From Jiangellaceae bacterium (GTDB lineage: Bacteria > Actinomycetota > Actinomycetes > Jiangellales > Jiangellaceae), in contig DATCVR010000339.1 of the NCBI GenBank assembly GCA_036566745.1, positions 2,580-66,579 on the forward strand: 64,000 bases of DNA. Reading direction: 5' to 3'. The notes below the pieces were generated by a model. The model made no database searches and was not told the DNA's origin. It saw only the letters and a program-made list of their open reading frames with translations. Positions 9,130-17,452 of the stretch are shown piece after piece. The position numbers and the translations under genes were made by a program. Numbering within the stretch: the first letter of the stretch is position 1; the number at the start of each line of letters is the position of its first letter.

Positions 9130-9181
9130 CCTGCCACGCCGACGGGCTCGACCCCTGCCACGCCGACGGGCAGCCCGGCCG

Positions 9182-10039
9182 TCAAGCCTGACGGACCTGC
9201 TGGCGCTGGCGGCCCAGCCCGTCGATCTCGAGCTCGACGACGTCGCCGTCGCGCAGGTACGGCTGGCCGGGCAGTCCCATGGCGACTCCCGCGGGCGTGC
9301 CGGTGTTCACCAGGTCGCCCGGGTCGAGCACCATGAACTGGCTGAGGTACCAGACCACGTGCCCGATGCCGAAGATCAGGTCGGCGCTGGTGCCGTCCTG
9401 ACGCAGCTCACCGTTGACCCACAGCCGCAGGCCCAGCTTGCCGGGCACCTCGACGCCGGCCGCGGGCACGAGCCACGGCCCGAGCGGGTTGAACGTCTCG
9501 CACGACTTGCCCTTGTCCCACTGGCCACCGCGTTCGAGCTGGAACTCGCGCTCGGAGACGTCGTGCGAGACGACGTAGCCGGCGATCACGTCGAGCGCGG
9601 CCTCGGGGGAGTCGAGGTAGCGGGCGGTCTTCCCGATCACCACGCCGAGCTCGACCTCCCAGTCGGTCTTGACGCTGGCCCGGGGGATGAGGACGTCGTC
9701 GTTCGGGCCCACCACCGTGTTCGACGCCTTCATGAAGACGACCGGCTCGGCCGGGACGGCCAGACCGCTCTCGGCGGCGTGGTCGCGGTAGTTCAGGCCA
9801 ATGCAGACGACCTTGCCCGGCCGGGCGATCGGAGCGCCCACGCGTTCGTCGGCGGCTCCGGCATCGAGGACCGGCACCTCACCCGCGTCGAGGGCGGCCT
9901 CGGCCCGGGCGATGCCGCCGCCCGCGAGGAACGCGCCGTCGATGTCGGTGGTGAGGGCGCCGAGGTCGTGCACGACGCCGTCATCGGTGCGGAGGGCGGG
10001 TCGTTCGGCGCCGATCGGGCCGAGGCGCATGAGCTGCAT
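9182..10039 (-). CDS. Fumarylacetoacetate hydrolase (FAH)-family protein; candidate 2,4-diketo-3-deoxy-L-rhamnonate hydrolase (LRA6-like)
   Basis: A 285-aa FAH fold (KVVCIGLNYRDHAAE..., WEVELGVVIGK, DGDVVELEIDGLG). The function is inferred from the neighbouring lldD and the rhamnonate module. Confidence 0.75.
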   Translation of the reverse strand: MQLMRLGPIGAERPALRTDDGVVHDLGALTTDIDGAFLAGGGIARAEAALDAGEVPVLDAGAADERVGAPIARPGKVVCIGLNYRDHAAESGLAVPAEPVVFMKASNTVVGPNDDVLIPRASVKTDWEVELGVVIGKTARYLDSPEAALDVIAGYVVSHDVSEREFQLERGGQWDKGKSCETFNPLGPWLVPAAGVEVPGKLGLRLWVNGELRQDGTSADLIFGIGHVVWYLSQFMVLDPGDLVNTGTPAGVAMGLPGQPYLRDGDVVELEIDGLGRQRQQVRQA

Positions 10040-10126
10040 GGCTGTCTCCGTGAGGTCGGGAGTCTCGACAGGTGAGTCTGACTGTTCCGGTGTGTGGACG
10101 GCAGGCCGGGGTCGGCTACGGGATCG

Positions 10127-11338
10127 TCAGGGCAGCCGGACGTGGTCGGGCGTGAGCTCGCCGACGCTGCGGACGCCGAGCAGCTGCATGGTGCGACGGA
10201 TCTCGCGGGCGAGGATGTCGGCGGCTCGGGCGACGCCCCGCTCGCCCCCGGCCATGAGCCCGTACAGATAGGCACGCCCGACCAGGCAGGCGTCCGCTCC
10301 GAGCGCCACGGCGGCGACCACGTCGGCGCCGTTCATGATCCCGGTGTCGAGGTAGATCTCGGTCCGGTCGCCGACCTCGGCGGCCACCTCGGGGAGGATC
10401 CGCAGCGGCGTGGGAGCCCGGTCGAGCTGGCGGCCGCCGTGGTTGGAGAGCACGATCGCGTCGGCTCCGGCGTCGACGACGCGCCGGGCGTCGTCGACGG
10501 TCTGGATGCCCTTGACGATCAGCGGACCGTTCCAGATCGAGCGGAGCCAGGCGAGGTCGTCGATGGTCATGGTCGGGTCGAACAGCGTGTCGAGCAGCTC
10601 GGCCACGGTGCCCTGCCACGACGACAGCGACGCGAAGGTGAGCGGCTTGGTGGTGAGGAGGTTCGCCCACCACCTCGGGTGGGTCGCGGCGTCGAGCACC
10701 GTCTTCGCCGTGAGCGACGGGGGGATGGTGAAGCCGTTGCGGACGTCACGCAGCCGGGCGCCGGCGACCGGCACGTCCACGGTCAGCATCAGCGCCTCGT
10801 AGCCCGCGGCGGCGGCCCGCTTGACGAGGTCCTCGCCCGCGGCTCGGTCCTTCCACACGTAGAGCTGGAACCACGTCCGGGCCGCCGGTGCGGCTGCCGC
10901 CACGTCCTCGATCGAGGTCGTGCCCATGGTCGAGAGAGCGTACGGGATGCCGACGCGCTCGGCGACCCGCACCACCGCGCTCTCGCCCTCGTGGTTCATC
11001 ATCCGGGTGAATCCGGTGGGGGCGAAGGCGAACGGGAGCGCCGCCTTCGTGCCGAGCATCGTCGTGGTCGTGTCGACGTCGGCCACGTCGTGCAGGATCG
11101 ACGGCCGCAGCTCGAGGTTCGCGAACAGCGCCCGCGCGCGGTTCAAGCTGATCTCCGCCTCGGCCGCCCCGTCGGTGTAGTCGAACACCGAGCGTGGTGT
11201 CCGGCGGCGAGCCACCCGACGCAGGTCGGCGATGGTGAGCGCCTTGGCCAGCCGCCGGTCGGTGGCGTTGAGCGTGACCGGCTTGGTGCGCAGCAGTGGC
11301 TTGAGTTCGGACCAGCGAGGTCGTTGGCGCTCGGTCAT
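10127..11338 (-). CDS. lldD: FMN-dependent alpha-hydroxy-acid dehydrogenase (L-lactate dehydrogenase)
   Basis: RSVFDYTDGAAEAE and VLSNHGGRQLD motifs, 403 aa. Confidence 0.85.
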   Translation of the reverse strand: MTERQRPRWSELKPLLRTKPVTLNATDRRLAKALTIADLRRVARRRTPRSVFDYTDGAAEAEISLNRARALFANLELRPSILHDVADVDTTTTMLGTKAALPFAFAPTGFTRMMNHEGESAVVRVAERVGIPYALSTMGTTSIEDVAAAAPAARTWFQLYVWKDRAAGEDLVKRAAAAGYEALMLTVDVPVAGARLRDVRNGFTIPPSLTAKTVLDAATHPRWWANLLTTKPLTFASLSSWQGTVAELLDTLFDPTMTIDDLAWLRSIWNGPLIVKGIQTVDDARRVVDAGADAIVLSNHGGRQLDRAPTPLRILPEVAAEVGDRTEIYLDTGIMNGADVVAAVALGADACLVGRAYLYGLMAGGERGVARAADILAREIRRTMQLLGVRSVGELTPDHVRLP

Positions 11339-11365
11339 GAGGGGCAGGCTCCGTGGCTGACGTTG

Positions 11366-11405
11366 TGTGGTCTGACCACACTGTAGAGGGTGTGGTCAGA
11401 CCACA
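11366..11405. promoter_or_regulatory. Two 15-bp palindromic GntR/FadR-type operators in the lldD-lldR divergent gap
   Basis: TGTGGTCTGACCACA (11366-11380) and TGTGGTCAGACCACA (11391-11405). Each is a perfect palindrome and they are reverse complements of each other, with centres 25 bp apart. Confidence 0.6.
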
Positions 11406-11421
11406 CCAGTAGGGTGTCGGC

Positions 11422-12111
11422 GTGAAGACGTACGAGCTGGTGTTGCAGCAGGTCGAGACAGACCTGGCGGCGGGGAGGCTGCGGCTCGGCGAACGCCTGC
11501 CGGGCGAGCGCGGACTGGCCGAGCAGCTCGGCGTGAGTCGCGCGTCGGTGCGCGAGGCCATCCGGGTGCTCGAGGCGATGGGCGTGGTGCGGACGTCGGT
11601 GGGCTCGGGTCCCGACGCCGGCGCGGTCATCGTGGCCGATCCGTCGTCGGCGCTCAGCTCAGCGCTCCGGCTCCACCTGGCGACGAGTCATCTGCCCATC
11701 TCCGACATCGTCCAGACCAGGGTGCTGCTGGAGTCGTGGGCGGCCCGTGAGGCGGCGCGGCGCAGCGGTGCGGGCGACCTGGCTGCGGCCGAGCTGCTGC
11801 TCGACGAGATGGACGACCCCGGCCTCACCCCCGAGCGGTTCCACCTGCTCGACGCCGAGTTCCACGTCACCCTGACCGCGCTCGCCGGCAACGTCCTGAT
11901 CGCGGCGGTGATGTCGGCGCTGCGCGAGTCGATCCACGGGTACGTCATGGCGGCGGTGCCCCAGCTCGCCGATTGGGAGAGCACCGCCCGGCGCCTGCGC
12001 AGCGAGCACCGCGCGGTGGTGGCGGCTGTGCGGGCCGGCGACGGCGGGGCCGCTGCCACGATCGTGTCCGCCCACATCGCGGGCTTCTACCGCGAGACGC
12101 ACCTCGGCTGA
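11422..12111 (+). CDS. lldR: GntR/FadR-family regulator (FCD domain), probable L-lactate regulator
   Basis: wHTH LPGERGLAEQLGVSRASVREAIRVLEAMGVV. It is divergent from lldD, with TGGT-N3-ACCA operators between them. GTG start. Confidence 0.7.
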   Translation: MKTYELVLQQVETDLAAGRLRLGERLPGERGLAEQLGVSRASVREAIRVLEAMGVVRTSVGSGPDAGAVIVADPSSALSSALRLHLATSHLPISDIVQTRVLLESWAAREAARRSGAGDLAAAELLLDEMDDPGLTPERFHLLDAEFHVTLTALAGNVLIAAVMSALRESIHGYVMAAVPQLADWESTARRLRSEHRAVVAAVRAGDGGAAATIVSAHIAGFYRETHLG

Positions 12112-12115
12112 GCTG

Positions 12116-13300
12116 TCAGCTACCGAATCGCCGCAGCTCGCACGCGGGGTCGAGGCGCACGCCGAAGCCGGGCCGGTCCAGTGCCGACACGGCGAGCCGC
12201 CCGTCACGCGGGACCGGCTCGTCGAGCAACAGCGGCGCGAACATCGGCACCACCTCGGTGCCGTCGGGGTGCATCATCAGGAACTCCGCGAACGGGCTGG
12301 AGTGCCGGGTGGCGACGAAGTGGTACGAGTACACGCTCGAACCGTGTGGGATCACGAACGCGTTGCGGGCCTCCGCCAGGGCGGAGATCTTCACCAGCTC
12401 GGTCAGCCCGCCGCACCACCCGACGTCGGGCTGGATGACGTCGACGTCGCCGGTCTCCAGCAGCAGCCGGAAGCCGTACCGGGTGGCCTCGTGCTCGCCG
12501 CTGCTGAGCAGGACCGTGGGCGGCATCCTCCGGCGCAGCTCGGCCAGCGACCAGTAGTCGTCGGGCAGGAACGGCTCCTCGAGCCAGTGCAGGCCGAGGT
12601 CGCCGAACGCGTGCGACAGCCGGATCGCCTCGTCCAGGTTCAGCGACATCCAGCAGTCGACCATCAGCCAGAAGTCCGACCCCACGGCCTCGCGCGCCGC
12701 CGCAAGCGCCTCGACGTTGCGGCGGAACCCGTCGGCACCCTCGGCCGGGCCGTGGTGCAGCGGGATCTTCGCACCGACGAACCCCAGCTTCCGCGCGAGA
12801 TCGGGCCGTGGCCCGGTGGCGTAGAGGACCAGCTCGTCGCGGACCGCGCCGCCGAGCACGACGTGGACCGGTTCGTCGCGCAGCTTGCCGAGCAGGTCCC
12901 ACAGCGCGAGGTCGACGCCGCTGATCGCGTTCAGGGCCAGGCCCTTGCGGCCGTAGTGGAGGCTCGAGAGGAACATCTGGTCCCAGATCCGCTCGAGTTC
13001 GGTGACCGGAGCGCCCACGAGCAGCCCGGCCAGATGGTTCTCGACGATCCAGGCGGCCGGCTCACCCCCGACCGTGGGGGCGAACCCCACCGTGCCGTCC
13101 GACGCCTCGACCTCGACGACCACCGTGCCGAGCAGGTGCAGCCCGAACGACTGCCGGCTGGACCGGTAGGCCGGGTACTTCGCCATCGGGCTGGCGATGT
13201 GGTCGTCGATCCAGTGGCCGGACGGCTGGTCGTGGTAGTCCGCTCCGCCGCTGCTCACGGGCAGGTAGGCCCGTACGGCGGCGATCGTCGGGGTACTCAT
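12116..13300 (-). CDS. rhmD: L-rhamnonate dehydratase (enolase superfamily, RhamD group)
   Basis: By eye it aligns over its full length to E. coli RhmD as I recall it: GGADYHDQPSGHWIDDHIASPMAKY, FWLMVDCWMS, WLEEP, SGEHE, IQPDVGWCGGLTE, IPHGSSVYSYH. The 732-aa ORF is trimmed to MSTPTIAAV. Confidence 0.85.
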   Translation of the reverse strand: MSTPTIAAVRAYLPVSSGGADYHDQPSGHWIDDHIASPMAKYPAYRSSRQSFGLHLLGTVVVEVEASDGTVGFAPTVGGEPAAWIVENHLAGLLVGAPVTELERIWDQMFLSSLHYGRKGLALNAISGVDLALWDLLGKLRDEPVHVVLGGAVRDELVLYATGPRPDLARKLGFVGAKIPLHHGPAEGADGFRRNVEALAAAREAVGSDFWLMVDCWMSLNLDEAIRLSHAFGDLGLHWLEEPFLPDDYWSLAELRRRMPPTVLLSSGEHEATRYGFRLLLETGDVDVIQPDVGWCGGLTELVKISALAEARNAFVIPHGSSVYSYHFVATRHSSPFAEFLMMHPDGTEVVPMFAPLLLDEPVPRDGRLAVSALDRPGFGVRLDPACELRRFGS

Positions 13301-14214
13301 GGCGTGGACGGGGCGGTGGGGAGGTCCAACCGGTACACGCGCTGTGCCGTCCCGGAGAACAACGCGCTCCGCTCGTCCGGCGAGAAGTCGGCCGTGAGGG
13401 TGTCGAACGCGCCGTAGAGCTGGGCATAGGTGGAATAGAGGCTGTCGACCGGGAAGTTGCTGGCGAACATCGCCCGATCGGGCCCGAACGCCTCGATCGT
13501 GTCCAGGACGATCGGGCGCAGGGAGTCGAGCGTCCAGCGGTGATCGGTCATCCCGATTCCGGAGATCTTCACCGTGGTGTTCGGCTGGGCGGCAAGGGTG
13601 GCCAGACCGGATCGCCAGGCCGCGAGGGTCTCGTCGTCGCGTTCCGTGGGCATGCCGGCGTGGTCGAGGATCACCGGTGTGTCCGGATGGGCCGCTGCCA
13701 GCTCCGCAGCTTCGGCCAGCTGGTGTGGGTACACCTGCAGGTCGAACGAGAGCCCGTGATCGGCCAGCCGGGCGTAGCCGACCAGCCACGCCGGGTCGCT
13801 CATGAGGTCGGGCCGGTCGGTGTAGGTCAGCGCGGGGTCGGCGTGCCAGTTCAGGATGTGCCGCACGCCGCGCACATTGGGCAGGGCGGCGAGGCTGTCG
13901 AGCGCGTCGCCGACGTCGTCGGCGTCGAGGCGGACGCCGGCAACGATGCCCTGGGGAAAGCCGGAGTCGTCGGCCAGGTCCTGCAGCCAGCGCGCCTCTT
14001 CCAGCGGATCGCCCGCCCCCGCGTCGACGTGGACCGACGCCACGGGCCGGAGCGGCTCGGCCTCGCGCAGGAAGTCGCCCAGCAGGTAGTCGCGGCGGAT
14101 GGCGGTGTCCTCGCCGTGGACCTTCAGCCGGCCGGCCGGCTCCTGGAGCCACGGGTAGGACCGGGACAGGTCCCAGAGGTGGTGATGCGCGTCGACGATG
14201 TCGAGTTCGAGCAT
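13297..14214 (-). CDS. Amidohydrolase-2 family protein, candidate L-rhamnono/fucono-lactonase
   Basis: LDIVDAHHHLWD metal motif and DHAGMP. ATGA overlap with the rhmD start. Start set at MLELDIV. Confidence 0.7.
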   Translation of the reverse strand: MLELDIVDAHHHLWDLSRSYPWLQEPAGRLKVHGEDTAIRRDYLLGDFLREAEPLRPVASVHVDAGAGDPLEEARWLQDLADDSGFPQGIVAGVRLDADDVGDALDSLAALPNVRGVRHILNWHADPALTYTDRPDLMSDPAWLVGYARLADHGLSFDLQVYPHQLAEAAELAAAHPDTPVILDHAGMPTERDDETLAAWRSGLATLAAQPNTTVKISGIGMTDHRWTLDSLRPIVLDTIEAFGPDRAMFASNFPVDSLYSTYAQLYGAFDTLTADFSPDERSALFSGTAQRVYRLDLPTAPSTP

Positions 14215-14366
14215 CGATCCCCCCTGGGATGTCCGGCAAGCACCCCCGATGGGCACAACACGGAACGATGTTCTGATTCCCGACATCCCAGCGTGCGTGC
14301 GGGCTTCGGCTCAATGCACAGGTCGCTCAAGGCGTTGCACGGGTCGCCGACCCGGCCCGCTGCCGA

Positions 14367-15200
14367 TCAGGACAGGGCGGAGCCGCGCCGCCGGACCTCG
14401 CCCGGCGTGCACGACATCGCCGACTTGAGGTGGCGGCTCAGGTGGCTGGGGGAGTGGTAGCCGCACCGGTCGGCGATGGAGGCCAGGGTCAGGTCGGAGG
14501 TCTGGAGCAAGGCCACGGCGTGGCCGAGCCGGATCTGGAGCAACCTGGCCTGGGGTGGCATGCCCAGCTCGCCGGTGAAATAGGCGCGCAGGGTCGAGCC
14601 CGACACCCCCACCTCGCGGGCGAGGTCGTCGATGCGGACGTGCTCGGCGTGGCGCTCTTCCAGCAACTGGTCGACGGCGTTGACGATGGCCCGTGCCTGG
14701 GACTCGTGACGCCGGGCGTGGTCGCGCCGGAGCACGATGTCGATCTGCTGGACCAGAGCGTCGATCATGGTCTCGGCGAGGTCGTCGGGCGAGGCCATCT
14801 CGCGGGCCAGGCCGGCGAACGCGCTGCCGAGCCGGTGCGAGCCGTCGTCGGCGGTCACGCTCGGCCACGGCCAGTCGGGCAGGGCGTTCACGAGCACGTA
14901 GTAGTTCGAGTAGGCGGTGTGGGCGATCTCCGCGTGGTCGACGTGGGGCGGCACGACGAGCACGGTGCCCGCGGTGACGGCGTAGCGGGTGTCGTCGACC
15001 AGTGCATCGATGCGCCCCGAGCGGTAGTAGGTGAGCTTCCAGACGGCATACCGGTGCGGAGCGGCGTCCTGCCGGATGGGCGCGGAGTAGGCGCCCGCGG
15101 AGACGAACATCGGGCGCGGCGGGCGGGGCCACTGGACGGCCGCCTTGGCTGCCCGGGCCAGGGACGATCCCGCGAACACCACGGACGGCCGGTCGCTCAT
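14367..15200 (-). CDS. AraC-family transcriptional regulator (cupin plus HTH)
   Basis: C-terminal HTH_18 pattern IDDLAREVGVSGSTLRAYF...IADRCGYHSPSHLSRHLK. Confidence 0.8.
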   Translation of the reverse strand: MSDRPSVVFAGSSLARAAKAAVQWPRPPRPMFVSAGAYSAPIRQDAAPHRYAVWKLTYYRSGRIDALVDDTRYAVTAGTVLVVPPHVDHAEIAHTAYSNYYVLVNALPDWPWPSVTADDGSHRLGSAFAGLAREMASPDDLAETMIDALVQQIDIVLRRDHARRHESQARAIVNAVDQLLEERHAEHVRIDDLAREVGVSGSTLRAYFTGELGMPPQARLLQIRLGHAVALLQTSDLTLASIADRCGYHSPSHLSRHLKSAMSCTPGEVRRRGSALS

Positions 15201-15356
15201 GGACGCAGGATGCTACCGGCGGAGCGCGTCGTTGGATACGTGTGAGTTGCCTTCATGTGGATCATCGGGCAGCGCGGCGCCAGTTCGGTGGCACGGCGAT
15301 CCGTGCAACGTCCACGTCGAGGCCTGCATTGAGCTGCCACCCCCGGCGCCCGTGCA

Positions 15357-16151
15357 ATGGACGGCATGACCACGACGTCCGACACGGCCACACCCACCAC
15401 CGTCGACGCCGCGCTGTCCGCGCTCGGTGTCATTGCCGACACGCTGGGCGCCGACCAGCTCCGACAGCTCGACACCGACGGATTCCTCGTCCTGCCCGGC
15501 CGGATCGGCGACGCCCGGCTCGCGGCGCTGCGCGAGCGCACCGAGGAGCTCCAGGCGGCCGAGGGGCCGGCTGCCGGTCACGAGGTGGGACGCCAGCAGG
15601 GTGCGGCGATGCTGGCCGACCTGATCAACAAGGGCGAGGTCTTCGAATCGGTCTTCGTCGAACCCGAGGTGCTGGCGGCCATGCGGCAGGTCCTCGGGGA
15701 CTTCCGGGTGAACTCGCTGAACTTCCGGGCCGCGCTCCCCGGCGAGGGCCACCAGAACCTCCACTCGGACTGGGGCAGACCGGTGGCCGCCGACGACTTC
15801 CGCATCTGCAACTCGATGTGGCTGCTCGACGACTTCACCCCGGAGAACGGCGCCACCCGGGTGGTGCCGGGATCGCACCGGTGGGGCCGGGTCCCGGCGG
15901 ACGACCTGGCCGATCCGGCCGACGCCCACCCGGACGAGCAGCTGGTGCTCGGGCCCGCCGGCACGGTGGTCGTCTTCAACGCCCACCTGTGGCACGGCGG
16001 CACCCGGAACCGCACCGGCACCCCACGCCGCGGCCTGACGATGTCGTACTGCCGGCGTGACGAGCCGCAACAGGTCGACCAGGCCGCTCACGTCCGCAAG
16101 GCGGTGTACGACCGGCTCTCGCCGGCTGCGCGCTTCGTCCTCGACGTCTGA
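15357..16151 (+). CDS. Phytanoyl-CoA dioxygenase (PhyH)-family Fe(II)/2-oxoglutarate oxygenase
   Basis: LHSDW...(H-x-D), ENGATRVVPGSH, and HGGTRNRT are typical PhyH signatures. Confidence 0.7.
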   Translation: MDGMTTTSDTATPTTVDAALSALGVIADTLGADQLRQLDTDGFLVLPGRIGDARLAALRERTEELQAAEGPAAGHEVGRQQGAAMLADLINKGEVFESVFVEPEVLAAMRQVLGDFRVNSLNFRAALPGEGHQNLHSDWGRPVAADDFRICNSMWLLDDFTPENGATRVVPGSHRWGRVPADDLADPADAHPDEQLVLGPAGTVVVFNAHLWHGGTRNRTGTPRRGLTMSYCRRDEPQQVDQAAHVRKAVYDRLSPAARFVLDV

Positions 16152-16179
16152 GCACGCCGGGTCCCACAGGCGTGGGCCG

Positions 16180-17277
16180 TCAGCCGGCCTGGCGGATCGG
16201 TCCCGTGCCGGCGGTGGACTGACGCTCGGTGAGGTGGGGCTGGAAGACGATGCGCTCGTGGCGGGCGTCCGGCCCTCCGGCGATCTCCTTGAGCAGCAGC
16301 TCCGCCGCGACCTGGCCCAGCTCGTACTTCGGCTGCCCGATGGAGGTGAGCGGAATCGGCGCCTCGGCCGCGAGCTCGACGTCGTCGTACCCGGCCACGG
16401 CGACGTCGTCGGGCACGTTCAGCCCCGCCTCGGTGAGCCGGCGGGTGACGCCGATGGCCATGAGGTCGTTGGCGCAGAACACGGCGTCGGGGCGGATGTC
16501 GAGGGCGAGGAGGCGTTCGGCGGCGGCGACCCCGGCGTGGATGCTCATGGTCTCCATGGAGACCTCGACGAGGTCGTCGGCGGCACGCCCGGCCTTGTCG
16601 AGGGCCTTGCGGGCGCCGCGCCGGCGGTCGGCGCACTGGCGCAGGGTGGCCGGGCCGTTGACCATCGCGACGGTGCGAGCGCCGCTGGCCAGGAGGTGTT
16701 CGACGGCCACCTGGCCGCCGCGGACGTCGTCGACGGCGACCGAGGAGTACTCGCTGACCTTGGCGGTGCGGTCGACCAGCACCACGCCCGATCCGCGGTC
16801 GCGCAACCGGCCCAGCCGTGACGGGATCTTGCCGATGGGGTTGATCAGCACCCCGGCCACGCGTTGTTCCTCGAGCACGTCGAGGTAGCCGTCCTGCTTG
16901 CCGATGTCCTGGTCGCTGTTGCACAACACCACGACGTAGCCCTGCTGGCTGGCGGCGTCGACGGCGCCGCGAGCCACCTCGGCAAAGAAGGGGTTGGTGA
17001 TGTCGGGGACGACGAGGCCGATCATCCGGCTGCGGCCGGTACGCAGGTCGGCGGCGCCGCGGTTGGGGACGAAGTCGAGGCGCTCGATGACCTGCTCGAC
17101 CCGGCGCAGGGTCTCCTCGGAGACCTTCTCGGGACGGTTCAACACGTTGGACACCGTGCCCACCGACACGCCGGCCAGGCGGGCGACCTCGCGGATGCCG
17201 GTCAGCGGCTTCGCGGCGGACGTGCGTGCCGAGCGACGCGCCTTGTCGATCGCCATCTCGACCTCGTTCCCGCTCAT
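16180..17277 (-). CDS. LacI-family transcriptional regulator, candidate rhamnose regulator (RhaR-type)
   Basis: HTH IREVARLAGVSVGTVSNVLN plus a periplasmic-binding-protein-like core. It is divergent from a GH78 gene with an operator in between. Start ambiguous (17277 or 17256). Confidence 0.85.
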   Translation of the reverse strand: MSGNEVEMAIDKARRSARTSAAKPLTGIREVARLAGVSVGTVSNVLNRPEKVSEETLRRVEQVIERLDFVPNRGAADLRTGRSRMIGLVVPDITNPFFAEVARGAVDAASQQGYVVVLCNSDQDIGKQDGYLDVLEEQRVAGVLINPIGKIPSRLGRLRDRGSGVVLVDRTAKVSEYSSVAVDDVRGGQVAVEHLLASGARTVAMVNGPATLRQCADRRRGARKALDKAGRAADDLVEVSMETMSIHAGVAAAERLLALDIRPDAVFCANDLMAIGVTRRLTEAGLNVPDDVAVAGYDDVELAAEAPIPLTSIGQPKYELGQVAAELLLKEIAGGPDARHERIVFQPHLTERQSTAGTGPIRQAG

Positions 17278-17367
17278 CGTTCGGACAGGTTGCGATTGTG
17301 TCACGCCGGACCTGTGCAGGTCGGTCACCGAGTCGGCGTGTGACAGGCCCGCTCCAGCCGGCCTGTG

Positions 17368-17423
17368 TTGACACCCGCCGAACCGGACTCTAGCGTGCCT
17401 CACCACGGTTTGAAACGTGTCAA
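17368..17423 (+). promoter_or_regulatory. Promoter (TTGACA-17-TAGCGT) plus LacI-type operator TTGAAACGTGTCAA for GH78 gene 1
   Basis: -35 at 17368-17373, -10 at 17391-17396, operator at 17410-17423. Confidence 0.55.
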
Positions 17424-17452
17424 TTACGGTCCGTCGTCAGGAGTCGGAGTCC

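Noticed and set aside
12116-14314. The 732-aa ORF read as a single protein. The same applies to 34279-36861 (860 aa), 1118-3010 (630 aa), 1061-2323 (420 aa) and 62676-63962 (428 aa).
   Set aside because: Only the C-terminal parts carry family motifs (RhmD, IclR, epimerase, ECF sigma, macro domain). The N-terminal extensions are low-complexity and overlap other well-supported genes. They were trimmed to internal starts with SD or coupling signals.
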